64,000 nt of DNA, taken from positions 101,804,001 to 101,868,000 of the forward strand of contig OZ024744.1 in NCBI GenBank assembly GCA_964016885.1. The letters run 5' to 3'. The stretch comes from Eledone cirrhosa (Eukaryota). The notes beneath the pieces were generated by a model, which was given only the letters and a program-made list of their open reading frames with translations, made no database searches and had not been told where the DNA came from. Below, piece after piece: positions 24,518 through 38,229 of this stretch (the first letter of the stretch is position 1; each line of letters opens with the position of its first letter). The position numbers were made by a program, and so were the translations under genes.

Positions 24518-25656
24518 GTCAGTCAGTCTAATTATTTACTGTCTATAGTTAGTCTAATACTTTACAGTTTATAGTTAGTCTAATACTTTACTGTCTATAG
24601 TTAGTCTAATACTTTACAGCCTATAGTTAGTGTAATACTTTACTGTCTTATGAGAAGCTAAATATTATGGGCTTATAAGAAGCTAAGTATTATGGTCTTA
24701 TGACAAGCTAAATATGGCCTTATGAGATGCTAAATATGGTCTTATGAGAAGATAAATATTGTGGTCTTATGAGAAGATAAATAGGGTTTTTTTGAGAAAC
24801 TAAATATTATGGTCTTATGAAAACTTAAATACTTATGAGAAGTTAAATATTATGGTCTTATGAGAAGCTAAATATTGTCTTATGTAAATTAAGATATTAT
24901 GGTCTTATGAGAAGCTAAATACAGTTTTCTTATGAGAAGCTAAATATGGTCTTATGACAAGTTAAATCCAACCTTATGAGAAACTAAACATTATGGTCTC
25001 AGAAGCTAAATATTATGCCTGTATTAGAAGTTAAATATGGTCTTATGTGAAGCTAAATATTGTATCATTATGAATGGCTAAATCTGTGGAGGGCGGTGGA
25101 TTGGCAGTATCGGTAGAGGGTCGGCCGCCATGCTTTCCAGCATAGTTACGTCCCTTTACGATCTGAGTTCAAATCCCGCCGAGGTTGACTTTGCCTTTCA
25201 TCCTTACGGGGTCGATAAAATAAAGTACCAGTAATGCACTGGATAATTGCTGGACTTGTGCCTAAAGTAGAAAAAATTATGAATGGCTAAATCTGGTCTT
25301 ATGAGAAGTTAAAAGTTATAGTCTTATGAGAAGTTGAAAATTGTGGTCTTATGAGAAGTTAAACATTATTGTCTTATAAGAAGATAAATATAGTCTCATG
25401 CAGAACTAAATATGGTTTTATTGGAAGCTAGATAATACGGTCTTATGAGAAGCTAAATATTATGCTATTATTAGAAGTTGAATATTAGGGTCTTGTGAGC
25501 ATCTAAACATTATGGTCTTAACAGTAGCTCAATAATATGGTCTTATGAGAAGCTGAATATTATTGTCTTATAGGAAGCTAAATATTATGGTCTTATGAGA
25601 AACTAAATATGGTCTTATGAGAAGTTTAATATTATGGTCTTATGAGAAGATAATTA
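24518..25656 (+). repeat. Cassette copy 3 (1139 bp)
   Basis: Same architecture; shares private variants with copy 4. Confidence 0.95.
25087..25278 (+). mobile_element. tRNA-derived SINE, copy 3
   Basis: Same element; tail GTAGAAAAAATT makes the flanking repeat a perfect 20 bp; private TGGACTT variant. Confidence 0.88.
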
Positions 25657-28600
25657 TGTTTATTGTTGGCTTTGTTTATTGTTGGTTTGTTTATTGTTGG
25701 CTTTGTTTATTGTTGGTTTGTTTATTGTTGGCTTTGTTTATTGTTGGTTTATTTATTGTTGGCTTTGTTTATTGTTGGTTTGTTTATTGTTGGCTTTGTT
25801 TATTGTTGGTTTGTTTGTTGTTGGTTTGTTTATTGTTGGCTTTGTTTATTGTTGGTTTATTTATTATTGGCTTTGATTATTGTTGGTTTGTTTATTGTTG
25901 GTTTGTTTATTGTTGGTTTGTTTATTATTAGCTTTGTTTATTGTTGGCTTTGTTTATTGTTGGTATGTTTATTGTTGGTTTGTTTATTGTTGGCTTTGCT
26001 TATTATTGGCTTTGTTTAATGTTGGTTTGTTTATTGTTGGCTTTGTTTATTGTTGGTTTGTTTATTGATGGTTTGTTTATTGTTGGTTTGTTTATTGTTG
26101 GCTTTGTTTATTTTTGGTTTGTTTATTACTGGCTTTGTTTATTGTTGGTTTTGTTTATTGTTGGTTTGTTTATTGTTGGTTTGTTTATTGTTAGTTTGTT
26201 TATTATTGGCTTTAATTATTGTTGGTTTGTCTATTGTTGGCTTTGTTTATTGTTGGTTTGTTTATTGTTGGCTTTGTTTATTGTTGCTTTCTTTATTGTT
26301 GGTTTGTTTATTGTTGGTTTGTTTATTGCTCGTTTGTTTATTGTTGGTTTGTTTATTGTTGGCTTTGTTTATTGTTGGTTTGTTTATTGTTGGCTTTGTT
26401 TATTGTTGGATTTGTTTATTGTTGGTTTGTTTATTGTTGGATTTGTTTATTTTTGTTTTGTTTATTGTTGGCTCTGTATATTTTTGGTTTGTTTATATGC
26501 TGGCTTCGTTTATTGTTGGTTTGTTTATTGTTGGCTTTGTTTATTGTTAGTTTGTTTATTATTGGCTTTAATTATTGTTGGTTTGTCTATTGTTGGCTTT
26601 GTTTATTGTTGGTTTGTTTATTGTTGGCTTTGTTTATTGTTGCTTTCTTTATTGTTGGTTTGTTTATTGTTGGTTTGTTTATTGCTCGTTTGTTTATTGT
26701 TGGTTTGTTTATTGTTGGCTTTGTTTATTGTTGGTTTGTTTATTGTTGGCTTTGTTTATTGTTGGTTTGTTTATTATTTGCTTTGTTTATTGTTGATTTG
26801 TTTATTGTAGGCTTTGTTTATTTTTGCTTTGTTTATTACTGGCTTTGTTTATTATTGGTTTGTATATTGTTGGCTTTGTTTATTGTTGGTTTGTTTATTG
26901 TTGCGTTTTTTATTGCAGGCTTTGTTTAATGTTGGTTTGTTTTATTGTTGTCTTTGTTTATTTTTGTTTCCTTTATTGTTGGCTTTGTTTATTGTTGGTT
27001 TGTTTATTGTTGGGTTTGTTTATTGTTGGTTTGTTTATTGTTGGCTTTTTTTATTGTTGGTTTGTTTATTGTTGGCTTTGTTTATTGTTGGTTTGTTTAT
27101 TATTGGCTTTGTTTATTGTTGGTTTGTTTATTGTTGGCTTTGTTTATTGTTGGTTTGTTTATTGTTGGCTTTGTTTATTGTTGGTTTGTTTATTGGTGGA
27201 TTTGTTTATTGTTGGTTTGTTTATTGTTGGCTTTGTTTATTGTTGATTTGCTTATTGGTGGCTTTGTTTATTGTTGGTTTGTTTATTGTTGGCTTTGTTA
27301 ATTGTTGGTTTATTTATTATAGGCTTTAATTATTGTTGGTTTGTCTATTGTTGGCTTTGTTTATTGTTGGTTTGTTTATTGTTGGCTTTGTGTATTATTG
27401 GCTTTGTTTATTGTTGGTTTGTTTATTGTTGCTTTGTTTATTGTTGGTTTGTTTATTGTTGGTTTTTTTATTGTTGGTTTGTTTATTGTTGGTTTGTTTA
27501 TTGTAGGCTTTGTTTAATGTTGGTTCGTTTATTGTTGGTTTCTTTATTTTTGGTTTGTTTTTTATTAGTTTGTTTATTGTTGTCTTTGTTTATTTTTGGT
27601 TTGTTTATTGTTGGCTTTGTTTATTGTTGGTTTATTTATTATTGGCTTGGTTTATTGTTGGTTTGTTTATTGTTGGTTTGTTTATTGTTGGCTTTGTTTC
27701 TGGTTGGTTTGTTTATTATTGGCTTTGTTTATTTTTGTTTTGTTTATTGTTGGCTCTGTATATTTTTGGTTTGTTTATATACTGGCTTTGTTTATTGTTG
27801 GTTTGTTTATTGTTGGCTTTGTTTATAGTTGGTTTGTTTATTGTTGGTTTGTTTATTGTTGGCTTTGTTTATTGTTGGTTTGTTTATAGCTGGCTTTGTT
27901 TAATGTTAGTTTGTTTATTGTTGGCTTTGTTTATTTTTTATTTGTTTATTGTTGGCTTTGTTTATTGTTGGTTTGTTTATTGTTGGTTTGTTTATTGTTG
28001 GCTTTGTTTATTGTTGGTTTGTTTATTGTTCGCTTTCTTTATTGTTGGTTTGTTTATTATTGGCTTTGTTTAATGTTGGTTTGTTTATTGTTGGCTTTGT
28101 TTATTGTTGGTTTGTTTATTGTTGGTTTGTTTATTGTTGGCTTTGTTTATTGTTGGCTTTGTTTATTGTTGGTTTGTTTATTATTGGCTTTGTTTATTGT
28201 TGTTTTGCTTATGTGTCGCTTTGTTTATTGTTGGTTTGTTTATTGTTGGCTTTGTTTATTATTGGTTTGTTTATTATTGGCTTTAATTATTGTTGGTTTG
28301 TCTATTGTTGGCTTTGTTTATTGTTGGTTTGTTTATTGTTGGCTTTGTTTATTGTTGGTTTGTTTATTGTTGGCTTTGTTTATTATGGGTTTGTTTATTG
28401 TTGGCTTTTTTTATTGTTGGTTTCTTTATTGTTGGCTTTGTTTATTGTTCGTTTGTTTATTGTTGGTTTGTTTATTGTTGGCTTTGTTTATTGTTGGTTT
28501 GTTTATTGTTGGCTTTGTTTATTGTTGGTTTGTTTATTATTTGCTTTGTTTATTGTTGGTTTGTTTATTGTTGGCTTTGTTTATTTTTGGTTTGTTTATT

Positions 28601-31600
28601 ACTGGCTTTGTTTATTGTTGGTTTCTTTATTGTCGGCTTTGTTTATTGTTGGTTTGTTTATTGTTGGCTTTGTTTATTGTTGGGTTTTTTATTGCAGGCT
28701 TCGTTTAATGTTGGTTTGTTTTATTGTTGGCTTTGTTTATTTTTGGTTCCTTTATTGTTGGCTTTGTTTATTGTTGGTTTGTTTATTGTTGGCTTTGTTT
28801 ATTGTTGGTTTGTTTATTGTTGGCTTTTTTATTGTTGGTTTGTTTATTGTTGGCTTTGTTTATTGTTGGTTTGTTTATTATTGGCTTTGTTTATTGTTGG
28901 TTTCTTTATTGTTGGCTTTGTTTATTGATGGTTTGTTTATTGTTGGCTTTGTTTATTGTTGGTTTGTTTATTGGTGGCTTTGTTTATTGTTGGTTTGTTT
29001 ATTGTTGGCTTTGTTTATTGATGGCTTTGTTTATTGTTGGTTTGTTTATTATTGGCTTTAATTATTGTTGGTTTGTCTATTGTTGGCTTTCTTTATTGTT
29101 GGTTTGTTTATTGTTGGTTTTGTTTATTGTTGCTTTCTTTATTGTTGGATTGTTTATTGTTGGCTTTGTTTATTGCTCGTTTGTTTATTGTTGGTTTGTT
29201 TATTGTTGGCTTTGTTTATTGTTGGTTTGTTTATTGTTGGCTTTGTTTATTGTTGGTTTGTTTATTATTTGCTTTGTTTATTGTTGGTTTGTTTATTGTT
29301 GGCTTTGTTTATTTTTGGTTTGTTTATTACTGGCTTTGTTTATTGTTGGTTTCTTTATTGTTGGCTTTGTTTATTGTTGGTTTGTTTATTGTTGGCTTTG
29401 TTTATTGTTGGGTTTTTATTGCAGGCTTTGTTTAATGTTGGTTTGTTTTATTGTTGGCTTTGTTTATTTTTGGTTCCTTTATTGTTGGCTTTGTTTATTG
29501 TTGGTTTGTTTATTGTTGGCTTTGTTTATTGTTGGTTTGTTTATTGTTGGCTTTTTTTATTGTTGGTTTGTTTATTGTTGGCTTTGTTTATTGTTGGTTT
29601 GTTTATTGGTGGATTTATTTATTGTTGGTTTGCTTATTGGTGGCTTTGTTTATTGTTGTTTTTGTTTATTGTTGGCTTTGTTAATTGTTGATTTATTTAT
29701 TATTGGCTTTAATTATTGTGGGTTTGTTTATTGTTGGTTTGTTTATTGTTGGTTTGTTTATTGTTGCTTTGTTTATTGTTGGTTTGTTTATTGTTGGTTT
29801 GTTTATTGTTGGTTTGTTTATTGTTGGTTTGTTTATTGTAGGCTTTGTTTAATGTTGGTTCGTTTATTGTTGGTTTGTTTATTGTTGGTTTGTTTATTAT
29901 TGGCTTTGTTTATTTTTGGTTTGTTTATTGTTGGCTTTGTATATTTTTGGTTTGTTTATATACTGGCTTTGTTTATTGTTGGTTTGTTTATTGTTGGCTT
30001 TGTTTATAGTTGGTTTGTTTATTGATGGTTTGTTTATTGTTGGCTTTGTTTATTGTTGGTTTGTTTATTGCTGGCTTTGTTTAATGTTAGTTTGTTTATT
30101 GTTGGCTTTGTTTATTTTTGTTTGTATATTGTTGGCTTTGTTTATTGTTGGTTTGTTTATTGTTGGTTTCTTTATTGTTGGCTTTGTTTATTGTTGGTTT
30201 GTTTATTGTTCGCTTTCTTTATTGTTGGTTTGTTTCTTATTGACTTTGTTTATTGTTGGTTTGCTTATTGTTGGTTTTGTTTATTGTTGGTTTGTTTATT
30301 GTTGGCTTCGTTTATTGCTGGTTTGTTTATTGGTGGCTTTGTTTTTTGTTGGTTTGTTTATTGTTTGCTTTGTTTATTGTTGGCTTTGTTTATTGTTGGT
30401 TTGTTTATTATTGGCTTTGTTTATTGTTGTTTTGCTTATTTGTGGCTTTGTTTAATGTTGGTTTGTTTATTGTTGGCTTTAATTATTGTTGGTTTGTCTA
30501 TTGTTGGCTTTGTTTATTGTTGGTTTGTTTATTGTTGGCTTTGTTTATTGTTGCTTTCTTTAATGTTGGTTTCTTTATTGTTGGCTTTGTTTATTGCCCG
30601 TTTGTTTATTGTTGGTTTGTTTATTGTTGGCTTTGTTTATTGTTGGTTTGTTTATTATTGGTTTTGTTTATTGTTGGTTTGTTTATTATTTGCTTTGTTT
30701 ATTGTTGGTTTGTTTATTGTTGGTTTTGTTTATTTTTGGTTTGTTTATTACTGGCTTTGTTTATTGTTGGTTTGTTTATTGTTGGCTTTGTTTATTGTTG
30801 GTTTGTTTATTGTTGGCTTTGTTTATTGTTGGTTTGTTTATTGTTGGCTTTGTTTATTGTTGCTTTCTTTATTGTTGGTTTGTTTATTGTTGGCTTTGTT
30901 TATTGCTCGTTTGTTTATTGTTGGTTTGTTTATTGTTGGCTTTGTTTATTGTTGGTTTGTTTATTGTTGGCTTTGTTTATTGTTGGCTTTGTTTATTGTT
31001 GGTTTGTTTATTATTTGCTTTGTTTATTGTTGGTTTGTTTATTGTTGGCTTTGTTTATTGTTGGTTTGTTTATTGTTGGCTTTTTTTATTGTAGGTTTCT
31101 TTATTGTTCGCTTTCTTTATTGTTGGTTTGTTTATTATTGGCTTTGTTTATTGTTGGTTTCTTTATTGTTGGCTTTGTTTATTGTTGGTTTGTTTATTGT
31201 TGGCTTTGTTTATTGTTGCTTTGTTTATTGTTGGCTTTGTTAATTGTTGGTTTATTTATTATTGGCTTTAATTATTGTTGGTTTGTCTATTGTTGGCTTT
31301 GTTTATTGTTGGTTTGTTTATTGTTGGCTTTGTGTATTATTGGCTTTGTTTATTGTTGGTTTGTTTATTGTTGCTTTGTTTATTGTTGGTTTGTTTATTG
31401 TTGGTTTGTTTATTGTTGGTTTGTTTATTGTTGGTTTGTTTATTGTAGGCTTTGTTTAATGTTGGTTCGTTTATTGTTGGTTTCTTTATTTTTGGTTTGT
31501 TTTTTATTAGTTTGTTTATTGTTGTCTTTGTTTATTTTTGGTTTGTTTATTGTTGGCTTTGTTTATTGTTGGTTTGTTTATTATTGGCTTTGTTTATTTT

Positions 31601-33305
31601 TGTTTTGTTTATTGTTGGCTTTGTATATTTTTGGTTTGTTTATATACTGGCTTTGTTTATTGTTGGTTTGTTTATTGTTGGTTTTGTTTATAGTTGGTTT
31701 GTTTATTGTTGGTTTGTTTATTGTTGGCTTTGTTTATTGTTGGTTTGTTTATTGCTGGCTTTGTTTAATGTTAGTTTGTTTATTGTTGGCTTTGTTTATT
31801 TTTTGTTTGTTTATTGTTGGCTTTGTTTATTGTTGGTTTGTTTATTGTTCGCTTTCTTTATTGTTGGTTTGTTTATTATTGGCTTTGTTTATTGTTGGTT
31901 TGTTTATTGTTGGCTTTGTTTATTGTTGGTTTATTTATTGTTGGCTTTGTTTATTGCTGGTTTGTTTATTGGTGGCTTTGTTTATTGTTGGTTTGTTTAT
32001 TGTTGGCTTTGTTTATGGTTGGCTTTGTTTATTGTTGGTTTGTTTATTATTGACTTTGTTTATTGTTGTTTTGCTTATTTGTGGCTTTGTTTATTGTTGG
32101 TTTGTTTATTGTTGGCTTTGTTTATTGTTGATTTGTTTATTATTGGCTTTAATTATTGTTGGTTTGTCTATTGTTGGTTTTGTTTATTGTTGGTTACTTT
32201 ATTGTTGGCTTTGTTTATTGTTGGTTTGTTTATTGTTGGCTTTGTTTATTATGGGTTTGTTTATTGTTGGCTTTTTTTATTGTTGGTTTGTTTATTGTTG
32301 TCTTTGTTTATTGTTCGTTTGTTTATTGTTGGTTTGTTTATTGTTGGCTTTGTTTATTGTTGGTTTGTTTATTGTTGGCTTTGTTTATTGTTGGTTTGTT
32401 TATTATTTGCTTTGTTTATTGTTGGTTTGTTTATTGTTGGCTTTGTTTATTTTTGGTTTGTTTATTACTGGCTTTGTTTATTGTTGGTTTGTTTATTGTC
32501 GGCTTTGTTTATTGTTGGTTTGTTTATTGTTGGCTTTGTTTATTGTTGGGTTTTTTATTGCAGGCTTTGTTTAATGTTGGTTTATTTTATTGTTGGCTTT
32601 GTTTATTTTTGGTTCCTTTATTGTTGGCTTTGTTTATTGTTGGTTTGTTTATTGTTGGCTTTGTTTATTGTTGGTTTGTTTATTGTTGGCCTTTTTATTG
32701 TTGGTTTGTTTATTGTTGGCTTTGTTTATTGTTGGTTTGTTTATTATTGGCTTTGTTTATTGTTGGTTTGTTTATTGTTGGCTTTGTTTATTGATGGTTT
32801 GTTTATTGTTGGCTTTGTTTATTGTTGGTTTGTTTATTGGTGGCTTTGTTTATTGTTGGTTTGTTTATTGTTGGCTTTGTTTATTGTTGGCTTTGTTTAT
32901 TGTTGGTTTGTTTATTATTGGCTTTAATTATTGTTGGTTTGTCTATTGTTGGCTTTGTTTATTGTTGGTTTGTTTATTGTTGGCTTTGTTTATTGTTGCT
33001 TTCTTTATTGATGGCTTTGTTTATTGTTGATTTGTTTATTGTTGGTTTGTTTATTGTTGGTTTGTTTATTGTTGGCATTGTTTATTGTTGGATTCTTTAT
33101 TGTTGGTTTTGTTTATTGTTGGTTTGTTTATCGTTAGCTTTGTTTAATGTTCGTTTATTTATTGTTAGTTTTGTTTATTGTTGGTTTCTTTATTGTTGGC
33201 TTTGTTTATTGTTGGTTTGTTTATTATTGGCTTTGTTTATTGTTGGTTTGTTTATTATTGGCTTTTTTATTGCTGGTTTGTTTATCGTTGGCTTTGTTTA
33301 CTGTT
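25657..33305 (+). repeat. 15/16-bp satellite array 3
   Basis: Continuous tandem monomers. Confidence 0.98.
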
Positions 33306-34444
33306 GTCAGTCAGTCTAATTATTTACTGTCTATAGTTAGTCTAATACTTTACAGTTTATAGTTAGTCTAATACTTTACTGTCTATAGTTAGTCTAATAC
33401 TTTACAGCCTATAGTTAGTGTAATACTTTACTGTCTTATGAGAAGCTAAATATTATGGGCTTATAAGAAGCTAAGTATTATGGTCTTATGACAAGCTAAA
33501 TATGGCCTTATAAGATGCTAAATATGGTCTTATGAGAAGATAAATATTGTGGTCTTATGAGAAGATAAATAGGGTTTTTTTGAGAAACTAAATATTATGG
33601 TCTTATGAAAACTTAAATACTTATGAGAAGTTAAATATTATGGTCTTATGAGAAGCTAAATATTGTCTTATGTAAATTAAGATATTATGGTCTTATGAGA
33701 AGCTAAATACAGTTTTCTTATGAGAAGCTAAATATGGTCTTATGACAAGTTAAATCCAACCTTATGAGAAACTAAACATTATGGTCTCAGAAGCTAAATA
33801 TTATGCCTGTATTAGAAGTTAAATATGGTCTTATGTGAAGCTAAATATTGTATCATTATGAATGGCTAAATCTGTGGAGGGCGGTGGATTGGCAGTATCG
33901 GTAGAGGGTCGGCCGCCATGCTTTCCAGCATAGTTACGTCCCTTTACGATCTGAGTTCAAATCCCGCCGAGGTTGACTTTGCCTTTCATCCTTACGGGGT
34001 CGATAAAATAAAGTACCAGTAATGCACTGGATAATTGCTGGCCTTGTGCCTAAAGTAGAAAAAATTATGAATGGCTAAATCTGGTCTTATGAGAAGTTAA
34101 AAGTTATAGTCTTATGAGAAGTTGAAAATTGTGGTCTTATGAGAAGTTAAACATTATTGTCTTATAAGAAGATAAATATAGTCTCATGCAGAACTAAATA
34201 TGGTTTTATTGGAAGCTAGATAATACGGTCTTATGAGAAACTAAATATTATGCTATTATTAGAAGTTGAATATTAGGGTCTTGTGAGCATCTAAACATTA
34301 TGGTCTTAACAGTAGCTCAATAATATGGTCTTATGAGTAGCTGAATATTATTGTCTTATAGGAAGCTAAATATTATGGTCTTATGAGAAACTAAATATGG
34401 TCTTATGAGAAGTTTAATATTATGGTCTTATGAGAAGATAATTA
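33306..34444 (+). repeat. Cassette copy 4 (1139 bp)
   Basis: Same architecture; groups with copy 3. Confidence 0.95.
33875..34066 (+). mobile_element. tRNA-derived SINE, copy 4
   Basis: Same element and TSD; tail as in copy 3. Confidence 0.88.
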
Positions 34445-37374
34445 TGTTTATTGTTGGCTTTGTTTATTGTTGGTTTGTTTATTGTTGGCTTTGTTTATTG
34501 TTGGTTTGTTTATTGTTGGCTTTGTTTATTGTTGGTTTATTTATTGTTGGCTTTGTTTATTGTTGGTTTGTTTATTGTTGGCTTTGTTTATTGTTGGTTT
34601 GTTTGTTGTTGGTTTGTTTATTGTTGGCTTTGTTTATTGTTGGTTTATTTATTATTGGCTTTGATTATTGTTGGTTTGTTTATTGTTGGTTTGTTTATTG
34701 TTGGTTTGTTTATTATTAGCTTTGTTTATTGTTGGCTTTGTTTATTGTTGGTATGTTTATTGTTGGTTTGTTTATTGTTGGCTTTGTTTATTATTGGCTT
34801 TGTTTAATGTTGGTTTGTTTATTGTTGGCTTTGTTTATTGTTGGTTTGTTTATTGATGGTTTGTTTATTGTTGGTTTGTTTATTGTTGGCTTTGTTTATT
34901 TTTGGTTTGTTTATTACTGGCTTTGTTTATTGTTGGTTTTGTTTATTGTTGGTTTGTTTATTGTTGGTTTGTTTATTGCTGGCTTTGTTTAATGTTGGTT
35001 TGTTTATTGTTGGCTTTGTTTATTGTTGGATTTGTTTATTGTTGGTTTGTTTATTGTTGGCTTTGTTTATTTTTGTTTTGTTTATTGTTGGCTCTGTATA
35101 TTTTTGGTTTGTTTATATGCTGGCTTCGTTTATTGTTGGTTTGTTTATTGTTGGCTTTGTTTATAGTTGGTTTGTTTATTGTTGGTTTGTTTATTGTTGG
35201 CTTTGTTTATTGTTGGTTTGTTTATAGCTGGCTTTGTTTAATGTTAGTTTGTTTATTGTTGGCTTTGTTTATTTTTTATTTGTTTATTGTTGGCTTTGTT
35301 TATTATTGGTTTGTTTATTGTTGGATTGTTTATTGTTGGCTTTGTTTATTGTTGGTTTGTTTATTGTTCGCTTTCTTTATTGTTGGTTTGTTTATTATTG
35401 GCTTTGTTTATTGTTGGTTTGTTTATTGTTGGCTTTGTTTATTATTGGTTTGTTTATTGTTGGCTTTGTTTATTGCTGGTTTGTTTATTGGTGGCTTTGT
35501 TTATTGTTGGTTTGTTTATTGTTGGTTTGTTTATTGTTGGCTTTGTTTATTGTTGGTTTGTTTATTATTGGCTTTGTTTATTGTTGTTTTGCTTATGTGT
35601 GGCTTTGTTTATTGTTGGTTTGTTTATTGTTGGCTTTGTTTATTGTTGGTTTGTTTATTATTGGCTTTAATTATTGTTGGTTTGTCTATTGTTGGCTTTG
35701 TTTATTGTTGGTTTGTTTATTGTTGTCTTTGTTTATTGTTGGTTTCTTTATTGTTGGCTTTGTTTATTGTTCGTTTGTTTATTGTTGGTTTGTTTATTGT
35801 TGGCTTTGTTTATTGTTGGTTTGTTTATTGTTGGCTTTGTTTCTTGTTGGTTTGTTTATTGTTCGCTTTGTTTATTGTTGGTTTGTATATTATTTGCTTT
35901 GTTTATTGTTGGTTTGTTTATTGTTGGCTTTGTTTATTTTTGGTTTGTTTATTACTGGCTTTGTTTATTGTTGGTTTGTTTATAGTTGGCTTTGTTTATT
36001 GTTGGTTTGTTTATTGTTGGCTTTGTTTATTGTTGGGTTTTTATTGCAGGCTTTGTTTAATGTTGGTTTGTTTTATTGTTGGCTTTGTTTATTTTTGGTT
36101 CCTTTATTGTTGGCTTTGTTTATTGTTGGTTTGTTTATTGTTGGCTTTGTTTATTGTTGGTTTGTTTATTGTTGGCTTTTTTTATTGTTGGTTTGTTTAT
36201 TGTTGGCTTTGTTTATTGTTGGTTTGTTTATTGGTGGATTTATTTATTGTTGGTTTGCTTATTGGTGGCTTTGTTTATTGTTGTTTTGTTTATTGTTGGC
36301 TTTGTTAATTGTTGGTTTATTTATTATTGGCTTTATTTATTGTTGGTTTGTTTATTGTTGGTTTATTTATTGTTGCTTTGTTTATTGTTGCTTTGTTTAT
36401 TGTTGGTTTGTTTATTGTTGGTTTGTTTATTGTTGGTTTCTTTATTGTTGGTTTGTTTATTGTAGGCTTTGTTTAATGTTGGTTCGTTTATTGTTGGTTT
36501 CTTTATTGTTGGTTTGTTTTTTGTTAGTTTGTTTATTGTTGTCTTTGTTTATTTTTGGTTTGTTTATTGTTGGCTTTGTTTATTGTCGGTTTGTTTATTG
36601 TTGGCTTTGTTTATTGTTGGTTTGTTTATTATTGGCTTTGTTTATTTTTGGTTTGTTTATTGTTGGCTTTGTATATTTTTGGTTTGTTTATATACTGGCT
36701 TTGTTTATTGTTGGTTTGTTTATTGTTGGCTTTGTTTATAGTTGGTTTGTTTATTGTTGGTTTGTTTATTGTTGGCTTTGTTTATTGTTGGTTTGTTTAT
36801 TGCTGGCTTTGTTTAATGTTAGTTTGTTTATTGTTGGCTTTGTTTATTTTTCTTTGTATATTGTTGGCTTTGTTTATTGTTGGTTTGTTTATTGTTGGTT
36901 TCTTTATTGTTGGCTTTGTTTATTGTTGGTTTGTTTATTGTTCGCTTTCTTTATTGTTGGTTTGTTTATTATTGACTTTGTTTATTGTTGGTTTGTTTAT
37001 TGTTGGTTTTGTTTATTGTTGGTTTGTTTATTGTTGGTTTGTTTATTGTTGGCTTTGTTTATTGTTGCTTTCTTTATTGATGGCTTTGTTTATTGTTGAT
37101 TTGTTTATTGTTGGTTTGTTTATTGTTCGTTTGTTTATTGTTGGCTTTGTTTATTGTTGGTTTCTTTATTGTTGGTTTTGTTTATTGTTGGTTTGTTTAT
37201 CGTTAGCTTTGTTTAATGTTCGTTTATTTATTGTTAGTTTTATTTATTGTTGGTTTCTTTATTGTTGGCTTTGTTTATTGTTGGTTTGTTTATTATTGGC
37301 TTTGTTTATTGTTGGTTTGTTTATTATTGGCTTTTTTATTGCTGGTTTGTTTATCGTTGGCTTTGTTTACTGTT
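34445..37374 (+). repeat. 15/16-bp satellite array 4 (shortest complete array, 2930 bp)
   Basis: Continuous tandem monomers. Confidence 0.98.
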
Positions 37375-38229
37375 GTCAGTCAGTCTAATTATTTACTGTC
37401 TATAGTTAGTCTAATACTTTACAGTCTATAGTTAGTCTAATACTTTACAGTTTATAGTTAGTCTAATACTTTACTGTCTATAGTTAGTCTAATACTTTAC
37501 AGCCTATAGTTAGTCTAATACTTTACTGTCTTATGAGAAGCTAAATATTATGGGCTTATAAGAAGCTAAGTATTATGGTCTTATGACAAGCTAAATATGG
37601 CCTTATGAGATGCTAAATATGGTCTTATGAGAAGATAAATATTGTGGTCTTATGAGAAGATAAATATGGTTTTTATGAGCAACTAAATATTATGGTCTTA
37701 TGAAACTTAAATACTTATGAGAAGTTAAATATTATGGTCTTATGAGAAGCTAAATATGGTCTTATGTAAATTAAGATATTATGGTCTTATGAGAAGCTAA
37801 ATACAGTTTTCTTATGAGAAGCTAAATATGGTCTTATGACAAGTTAAATCCAACCTTATGAGAAACTAAACATTATGGTCTCAGAAGCTAAATATTATGC
37901 CTGTATTAGAAGTTAAATATGGTCTTATGTGAAGCTAAATATTGTATCATTATGAATGGCTAAATCTGTGGAGGGCGGTGGATTGGCAGTATCGGTAGAG
38001 GGTCGGCCGCCATGCTTTCCAGCATAGTTACGTCCCTTTACGATCTGAGTTCAAATCCCGCCGAGGTTGACTTTGCCTTTCATCCTTACGGGGTCGATAA
38101 AATAAAGTACCAGTAATGCACTGGATAATTGCTGGCCTTGTGCCTAAAGTAGAAACAATAATGAATGGCTAAATCTGGTCTTATGAGAAGTTAAAAGTTA
38201 TAGTCTTATGAGAAGTTGAAAATTGTGGT
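37375..38229 (+). repeat. Cassette copy 5, 3'-truncated (855 bp)
   Basis: Five 26-bp units; the right arm stops at AAAATTGTGGT and joins the satellite directly. Confidence 0.95.
37969..38160 (+). mobile_element. tRNA-derived SINE, copy 5
   Basis: Same element and TSD. Confidence 0.88.
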
